In this document: positions 58,502 through 64,000 of the stretch, piece by piece
Numbering within the stretch: the stretch's first letter is position 1
Layout of the letters: every line of letters starts with the position of its first letter
Source: an uncultured delta proteobacterium
GTDB taxonomy: Bacteria > Myxococcota > Kuafuiibacteriia > Kuafuiibacteriales > Kuafuiibacteriaceae
Assembly (NCBI GenBank): GCA_963803435.1
Contig: CAWDML010000001.1
Coordinates: 1,504,001 to 1,568,000, forward strand
Direction: 5' to 3'
Length of the DNA stretch: 64,000 bases
Notes under the pieces: model-generated
Told to the model about the DNA's origin: nothing
Seen by the model: only the letters and a program-made list of their open reading frames with translations
Databases searched by the model: none
Program-made: the position numbers and the translations under genes

Positions 58502-59960
58502 TCGACCGACCTCACTCCTCCGATTGACGGCCCTTCGGCCGGCGGAACAGATCGACGGGATGCAGGCGCTCCTCGAACGCCAGGAAGAGCTGAAGAAGAT
58601 CACGATGGCCTGGGCCGCGCACCGCCGCCTCGACGAGGCCGAGACCGCGCGGATCCGCAGGAGCGCGATCGAGCTCTGCCACGACCACTACCGGAGCTCG
58701 ATCCCATTCTATCAGCAGGTCTGCCGCCGCATGGGCGTCGCCGGCGCTGCCGACTTCGAAACCATCGCCGCGCACCTGCTCGTCCCCGACGACATCTTCA
58801 AGTCGTATCCCTCCCGGCTCCTGGACGAAGGGCGCTTCGACGAGATGAGCCGCTGGATCTCGCGGATCAGCACCGTCACGCTCGACGCCGACGTCTCGAG
58901 CGTCGAGACCATCGACGACTGGATCGAGGTGGTGGAGCGCGCCGGGCTGCGGCTCGTCTTCAGCTCCGGAACCTCGGGCCACATCTCCTTCGTCCCGCGC
59001 GACGAACGGACCTGGCGCGCGTTCACCGAGCTCCCCTTCCTCTACGCCGCCGCGCAGCTCGGGCACCGCGGATTGCTGCCGGCGTGGAAGTTCTTCCTGG
59101 TCCGCCTGGCGTCGGATCGGCTGGCGCCCGACACCTATTCGGACCTGGTCAAGAAGCACGGCCTTCGCTCACTCGACGCGTTCATCTTCAACTTCAGCGG
59201 CGGCAACCAGGGCATCCAGCTGGTGGGGCAAGAGCTGGGCAAGCTGACGCGCTCGGCCCACTTCCTCTACCCGCGGCGGATGAGCGCCGCCGCCGTCCGC
59301 TGCATCGTGCGGGGCCCCCGCAGCGAGCGCGAGCGCGAGCTGGCCGAGGACTTCCTTGAGACCACGGTGAAGCGCAAGCGCGAGCACTACCAGCGGCTGA
59401 TCGCCTCGCTCCAGCGCGCGGTGGCGCGGCGCCATCCGGCGGTCCTGTTCGGTACGCCGGCGCTGATGCTCGAGCTGTGCGACGAGGTCCAGCGGCTCGG
59501 CGCACGGGTCCGGCTCTCCGCCGGGAGCAGCATCTCCTACGGAGGCGGATGGAAGTCGTTCACCGGGACCCGCATCTCCGAGGAGGCGCTCAACCGGCGC
59601 CTCTCGGAGACCTTCGGGCTCCCCAACGCCGCCATCTCCGAGGGCTACTCGATGACCGAGATCAACGGACTGATGCAGAAGTGCGTCCACGGCCGGTTCC
59701 ACGTCCCGCCCTTCCTCGAGGCGATCGTCTACGACGAGGAGCTCGAGGTGAAGTCGGGCGACGACGTGATGGGCACGCTCGGGATCCTCGATCCGTTTGC
59801 CACCTCCTATCCCGGCTTCGTGCTGACCGGCGACAACGTCCGTCTCTTCCGCACGCCCTGCCGCTGCGGCCTCCCCGGCCCCTCGATCCAGCGCGTCGAA
59901 CGCTCCCCCGGCAAAGAGGTCAAGGGCTGCGGCGGCATCATGGCCACGGTGAACGCATGA
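58482..59960 (+). CDS. LuxE-like acyl-protein synthetase
   Basis: FSSGTSG, GGGWK, YSMTE, SYPGFVLTGD and C-terminal KGC motifs. Confidence 0.8.
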   Translation: MTFFGSDRPTSLLRLTALRPAEQIDGMQALLERQEELKKITMAWAAHRRLDEAETARIRRSAIELCHDHYRSSIPFYQQVCRRMGVAGAADFETIAAHLLVPDDIFKSYPSRLLDEGRFDEMSRWISRISTVTLDADVSSVETIDDWIEVVERAGLRLVFSSGTSGHISFVPRDERTWRAFTELPFLYAAAQLGHRGLLPAWKFFLVRLASDRLAPDTYSDLVKKHGLRSLDAFIFNFSGGNQGIQLVGQELGKLTRSAHFLYPRRMSAAAVRCIVRGPRSERERELAEDFLETTVKRKREHYQRLIASLQRAVARRHPAVLFGTPALMLELCDEVQRLGARVRLSAGSSISYGGGWKSFTGTRISEEALNRRLSETFGLPNAAISEGYSMTEINGLMQKCVHGRFHVPPFLEAIVYDEELEVKSGDDVMGTLGILDPFATSYPGFVLTGDNVRLFRTPCRCGLPGPSIQRVERSPGKEVKGCGGIMATVNA

Positions 59961-61606
59961 TCGCAGTGAAGCAGCCTCCCTACGCCGACTGCGGTGCCCT
60001 CGCCGCCGAGCACGGCCTGCTGGCCCTGGAGGACGGCGTGCTCCGGGTGCCGTTCCTGGTGAAGGGCGAGCTCCGTCTCCCCGCGCGCCTCGAGCGCAAC
60101 CGCATCGACGCCGTCTTCGCCGAGCTCGACGCGCACGCAGGTCCGTCCGACAGCGCCGCCACCTATGCCCGCATCGGCGAGGTCCAGGTGCTGCGCGAGC
60201 CGGTGATCGATCGGACCTCGCTCCGCCGCACCGGCGCGCAGGTCTACACGGTGATGCCGTCGTTCGAGGCCGAGGAGGTCATCGAGCGCGAGCTGGACGC
60301 CCTGGAGGCGCTCTACGATCTCCCCTTCGAGGCGGTGCTCGACTACACGGACGCGCTGCGATCCGCGCTGCTCGAGGACGGCGACTTCTTCGAGCGCGTG
60401 GCGGAGTCGACGCTCCCCATGTCCCAGCAGCCGGACGCCTGGCATCACGCTGGCTTCGCCGCCATCCCGGTGCTGCTCGAGCGCGAGGAGCTCCGCCGCG
60501 GAGTGGACAGCGAGCTGATGGCGTTCGGGATCCCGGGGAGCCGGCTCCTCGACGGCTTTCAGCCGCTCCCGCTCGATCGCGTCCAGCCCACGCCGGTGAA
60601 CCTGTTCGCCGAGGCGATCTTCGAGGGTTCCGGCCACCGGTTCGCCCAGCGACGCCCCGAGCTGCGCGCGCTGCCGACGCGACAGCTCCACATCACCGCG
60701 GGCAACTCGCCCCAGATCCCCTTCCTCTCTGCGCTCCGCGCCCTCACCACCAAGTCGCCGGCCGTCATCAAGTCACCGTACGGCGCCGTCCTTCCCGGCG
60801 CGCTCCTGGCGCTGGCCGCCGCCCTCCAACCGGATCATCCGATCACGCGCCACCTCTCGATCGTCTACTGGCGCGGCGGCGACGAGGCCGTCGAGCGCGT
60901 GTTCTTCGCACCCACGTCGTTCGACCGCGTGGTCGTCTGGGGTGCACCGGGCGCCGTCGAGTCGGTGAAGGCGCGCGCGGTCCACACCAAGGTGCTCACG
61001 TTCAACCCGCGCTACGGCGTCAGCCTGATCGGCCGCGACGCCACCCTCGAGATCGACGGGCTGGCAGAGAAGACCATCTGCGACGCGCTGGTGGCGAACC
61101 AGAAGGCGTGCATCGCCACGCAGGTGGTCTACGCCGAGGGCACACCCGCCGAGATCGAGGCGCTGGCCCGGGCGCTGCAGCGCACGCTGGCCGCCTTCGA
61201 TCGCGAGGTCCCCAACCTGCTCGCCCCGGCGCAGGTCGGCGAGGTCAAGCGCCTGATGAAGGGCATCTTCCTCGACGCCGACTGGTACCCGAACCTGAAC
61301 GACGGCCGCTTCAGCTCTGCGGTCGTGGTGGCGCGGCAGGAGTTCAAGGTCTCGGCGCTCCCCATGTGCCGCTTCGTCGTGGTCAGGCCGGTCGAAGATC
61401 TGGCGCAGGCGCTCGACTATCTCCACCCCGGCGTCGCCACCGTGAGCATCCATCCCGACGCGCGACGCCGCGCGCTCGCCACCCGGATCGGCGCGCGCGG
61501 CGTCAGCAACATCGTCCCGCTGGGCCACAGCGGGAGCGGGTTCAGCGGCCAGTCGCACGACGGCATGCGGGTGCTCTCGGAGCTGGTGGACTGGAAGAAC
61601 GGCTGA
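59957..61606 (+). CDS. LuxC-like acyl-CoA reductase
   Basis: LHITAGNSP, YWRGGD, VVWG, NQKAC (catalytic Cys) and HDGMRVLSELV motifs. Confidence 0.82.
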   Translation: MIAVKQPPYADCGALAAEHGLLALEDGVLRVPFLVKGELRLPARLERNRIDAVFAELDAHAGPSDSAATYARIGEVQVLREPVIDRTSLRRTGAQVYTVMPSFEAEEVIERELDALEALYDLPFEAVLDYTDALRSALLEDGDFFERVAESTLPMSQQPDAWHHAGFAAIPVLLEREELRRGVDSELMAFGIPGSRLLDGFQPLPLDRVQPTPVNLFAEAIFEGSGHRFAQRRPELRALPTRQLHITAGNSPQIPFLSALRALTTKSPAVIKSPYGAVLPGALLALAAALQPDHPITRHLSIVYWRGGDEAVERVFFAPTSFDRVVVWGAPGAVESVKARAVHTKVLTFNPRYGVSLIGRDATLEIDGLAEKTICDALVANQKACIATQVVYAEGTPAEIEALARALQRTLAAFDREVPNLLAPAQVGEVKRLMKGIFLDADWYPNLNDGRFSSAVVVARQEFKVSALPMCRFVVVRPVEDLAQALDYLHPGVATVSIHPDARRRALATRIGARGVSNIVPLGHSGSGFSGQSHDGMRVLSELVDWKNG

Positions 61607-61615
61607 CGGCTCCGT

Positions 61616-62899
61616 TCAAAGGCTCGCGCGCGCGAGACCGTCCACCACGCTCGTGAAGGTCCCCCGACCCCGAAGCTTTTCGGCTCCGAAGATGCGGGAG
61701 AACTCCGAGCGGATCGCCGACACCAGGCTGGTCCCGCCGGTCATGAAGACGGCGTCCACCTCCTCGGGGGCCACACCCGCGTTCTCGAGCACACCGAGCG
61801 CCGCCTTCCGGATCTCCTCGACCCGCCCTTCCACCGCCGCGGCGAACTGCTCGGCCGTCAGCGACTCCGACACCGGGAGCCCGTGCGCGTCGTCGGCAAT
61901 CTCACCGGCGGGCTCAGACTGCACGGCGCGCTTGGCCCGCTCGACCGCCCGGAACAGCACGTACGACAGATCGCAGTCGACCACCTCGATCAGCCTTGCG
62001 ATCTCCTCGGGTCGATCGCTGGTCTTTCTCACCTCCCTGAGGAACTCGAGGTACTTCTTCGACTTCAGGAAGCTGACATGGTTCCAGCGCAGCAGCTTGT
62101 GGAAGATCCAGTTCGGCACGGCGGTCTTCGCCCCGAACGCCCGGTACTCGCTGCCATAGCCCAGCCGATCGAACAGCCGCGCCCGCACGATCTCACCGTC
62201 GAGCGCATCGCCCGCCGTCGGCACACCGCCCGACGCCAGCACGCTCTCGGATCGATCGCCGGATCTCTTGTGGCTCGGGCCCACGCGCATCACGGTAAAG
62301 TCTGAGGTGCCGCCGCCGAGGTCTGCCACCACGACCACCTCGTCCCGCTCGAGCTCAGCCTCGTAGGTGAGCGCCGCCGCGATCGGCTCGATCAGCAGCG
62401 TCACCTCCGGCAGCCCAGAGAGTCGGGCCGCTTCCAGGAGCCGCGACTCCGCCAGCCGATCCTCCCCCGGATCGAGCGAGAAGCGCGCCGGCCGCCCCAG
62501 CACGATCCGGCCCTCGAGCTTTCGTCCGAGCACCTGCTCGGCCGACTCGCGCGCGCGCCGGAGAAAGATCGCGATGAGCTGCTCGATCGTATAGTGCCGG
62601 TTCTTGATCACCGTGCCGCTGAAGGCCGAGGAGGGGAGAAAGGCCTTGATGGACTGCATGAAGCGTCCGTCGAGCCCGGTGAAGAGGTACTGGCGGATCG
62701 CGTCGAAGCCGACGTGATAACCGCTCTCATAGTTGGGCGCGAAGATGACCGTCGGTACCGTCGACGACTCGACCTCTCCGCCCGGCGCCAGCACGCCCGG
62801 GATCCGCCAGCGCACCGGGTGCACCTTGCCGTCCGGCGTGGCCATCGCGATCGCCGAGTTGCTGGTGCCGAAATCGATTCCAAAGCCCGGCTGCGACAT
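61616..62899 (-). CDS. yegD: Hsp70-family chaperone, YegD-like
   Basis: GIDFGTSNS, GRPARF, EPIAAA, DLGGGTSDF and TGGTS motifs. Confidence 0.85.
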   Translation of the reverse strand: MSQPGFGIDFGTSNSAIAMATPDGKVHPVRWRIPGVLAPGGEVESSTVPTVIFAPNYESGYHVGFDAIRQYLFTGLDGRFMQSIKAFLPSSAFSGTVIKNRHYTIEQLIAIFLRRARESAEQVLGRKLEGRIVLGRPARFSLDPGEDRLAESRLLEAARLSGLPEVTLLIEPIAAALTYEAELERDEVVVVADLGGGTSDFTVMRVGPSHKRSGDRSESVLASGGVPTAGDALDGEIVRARLFDRLGYGSEYRAFGAKTAVPNWIFHKLLRWNHVSFLKSKKYLEFLREVRKTSDRPEEIARLIEVVDCDLSYVLFRAVERAKRAVQSEPAGEIADDAHGLPVSESLTAEQFAAAVEGRVEEIRKAALGVLENAGVAPEEVDAVFMTGGTSLVSAIRSEFSRIFGAEKLRGRGTFTSVVDGLARASL

Positions 62900-62943
62900 C
62901 CGCCGCTTCTGCCCGACGCGCGCGATCGGGTAAAGGATCGTTC

Positions 62944-63408
62944 TCACCTACCCATCCCGAGGATCGCCTTCCACTCCCCCACGGTCACGGGCTGGACCGA
63001 CAGCCGCATGCCCCGCTTGAGCAGTTTCATGCCCTCGAGCGCCTCGATCTCGCGCATCGCCTCCAGCGTCACCGGATGCGCGAAGGTCTGGTCTGCCTTG
63101 ATGTCCACCATGAACCAGCGAGGCGCGTCCTCAGTCGCCGTCGGATCGTAGTAGTCCGACTTCGGATCGAACTGCGTGTGATCCGGATATCCGGCGCGGA
63201 CCACCTTCGCGGTGCCGACCACCGCCGGCACCGCGCAGCTCGAGTGATAGAAGAGAACACCGTCCCCCTTCGCGACGTCGTCGCGGAGCGAGTTCCGCGC
63301 CTGGTAGTTCCGGACCCCGTGCCAGAACGTGGTCTGGTCCTTGGACTTACACAGGTCGTCGAAGGAGAAGGTCGTCGGCTCGGACTTGAACAACCAGAAG
63401 CTCGGCAT
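62944..63408 (-). CDS. EVE domain protein
   Basis: WLFKSEP, WHGVRNYQARN, FYHS and RLSVQPV motifs. Confidence 0.95.
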   Translation of the reverse strand: MPSFWLFKSEPTTFSFDDLCKSKDQTTFWHGVRNYQARNSLRDDVAKGDGVLFYHSSCAVPAVVGTAKVVRAGYPDHTQFDPKSDYYDPTATEDAPRWFMVDIKADQTFAHPVTLEAMREIEALEGMKLLKRGMRLSVQPVTVGEWKAILGMGR

Positions 63409-63411
63409 GGC

Positions 63412-63990
63412 TCATCCGTTGTGGAGGCGAGGCTCCGTGGGAAGGTCGCGGATCAGGGAGGCCTCGTGCTCCGCGATCTCGAGTCGTCGAGCACCGACAA
63501 TGTCCAGGCCGAAGATGGACTCGGCCAGGTCGAGGTAGGTGCGGTGGTGGCGCGCCTCGGAGGCCAGCAGGGAGAGATAGAGGTCGCGGAGCTGCGCCTC
63601 ATCCAGGTGCGCCGACAGCATCTTCATCCGCTCGCAGCTCCGCGCCTCGATGAACGCACAGGTGATCAACGTGTCGAGGAGACGCTCGGGCTCCGCGCGG
63701 CGGATGATCGACACCAGCTCGGCGGCGTAAGGGCTCGGACGGAGTCGCTCGAACCGGAGACCGCGCGCCTCCAGCACGTCGAGCACCTGCTCGAAGTGCT
63801 CGAGCTCCTCGCGGGCGAGCTCGGAGAGCGGTCGGATCAACGCCGTGTGCTCTGGATAGCGGAAGATCAGGTTGAGCGCGGTCGAGGCGGCCTTCTTCTC
63901 CAGATGCGCGTGATCCAGGAGGATCAGATCGATCGCAAGGACCGCCCGCCGTGCCCAGTCCGGATCGGTCGAGTCGAAGAGATGGAGCAT
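63412..63990 (-). CDS. miaE: tRNA-(ms2io6A37) hydroxylase
   Basis: DHAHLEKKAA, REELEHF, IEARSCER and SEARH di-iron motifs. Confidence 0.92.
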   Translation of the reverse strand: MLHLFDSTDPDWARRAVLAIDLILLDHAHLEKKAASTALNLIFRYPEHTALIRPLSELAREELEHFEQVLDVLEARGLRFERLRPSPYAAELVSIIRRAEPERLLDTLITCAFIEARSCERMKMLSAHLDEAQLRDLYLSLLASEARHHRTYLDLAESIFGLDIVGARRLEIAEHEASLIRDLPTEPRLHNG

Positions 63991-64000
63991 CTCACGCGTA

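Noticed and set aside
58482-61606. Bioluminescence operon
   Set aside because: luxA, luxB and luxD are absent

Overview
A GC-rich, gene-dense bacterial window with about 47 genes. MYXO-CTERM tails, Ser/Thr kinases, Cys-rich lipoproteins and SpoVR point to a Myxococcota-like organism (inference). I found no rRNA, tRNA, CRISPR array or transposase by eye. Housekeeping-type genes flank the window: glgA, spoVR and sbcDC on the left; lysC, csrA-fliW, a Wzc-type kinase, a polysaccharide deacetylase, luxE/luxC-like genes, yegD, an EVE protein and miaE on the right. The middle (about 22-50 kb) is rich in exported proteins. The best candidate for an undescribed system is at 22.0-32.7 kb: a three-gene Tc (ABC) toxin-like locus in which every subunit has a Sec or lipoprotein signal. 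It comprises (1) a ~1635-aa lipoprotein with long coiled coils around a Ser/Thr-rich beta-hairpin, (2) a TcB-like SpvB/FG-GAP/YD protein that stops in mid-YD repeat, and (3) a divergent lipoprotein RHS core that resumes the repeat and carries an HExxHxxGxxD metallopeptidase tip, with no immunity gene. Other points of interest: a solitary tandem pseudo-ATPase/ATPase BrxD-like protein, an exported CHAT protease facing an ECF/anti-sigma pair, a csrA-fliW pair without flagellar neighbours, and a KH-less Jag. Four apparent +1 insertions (about 20130, 21377, 32277, 34481) suggest consensus errors, so structural oddities need read-level checking. All family calls come from motif recognition by eye; no database searches were run.
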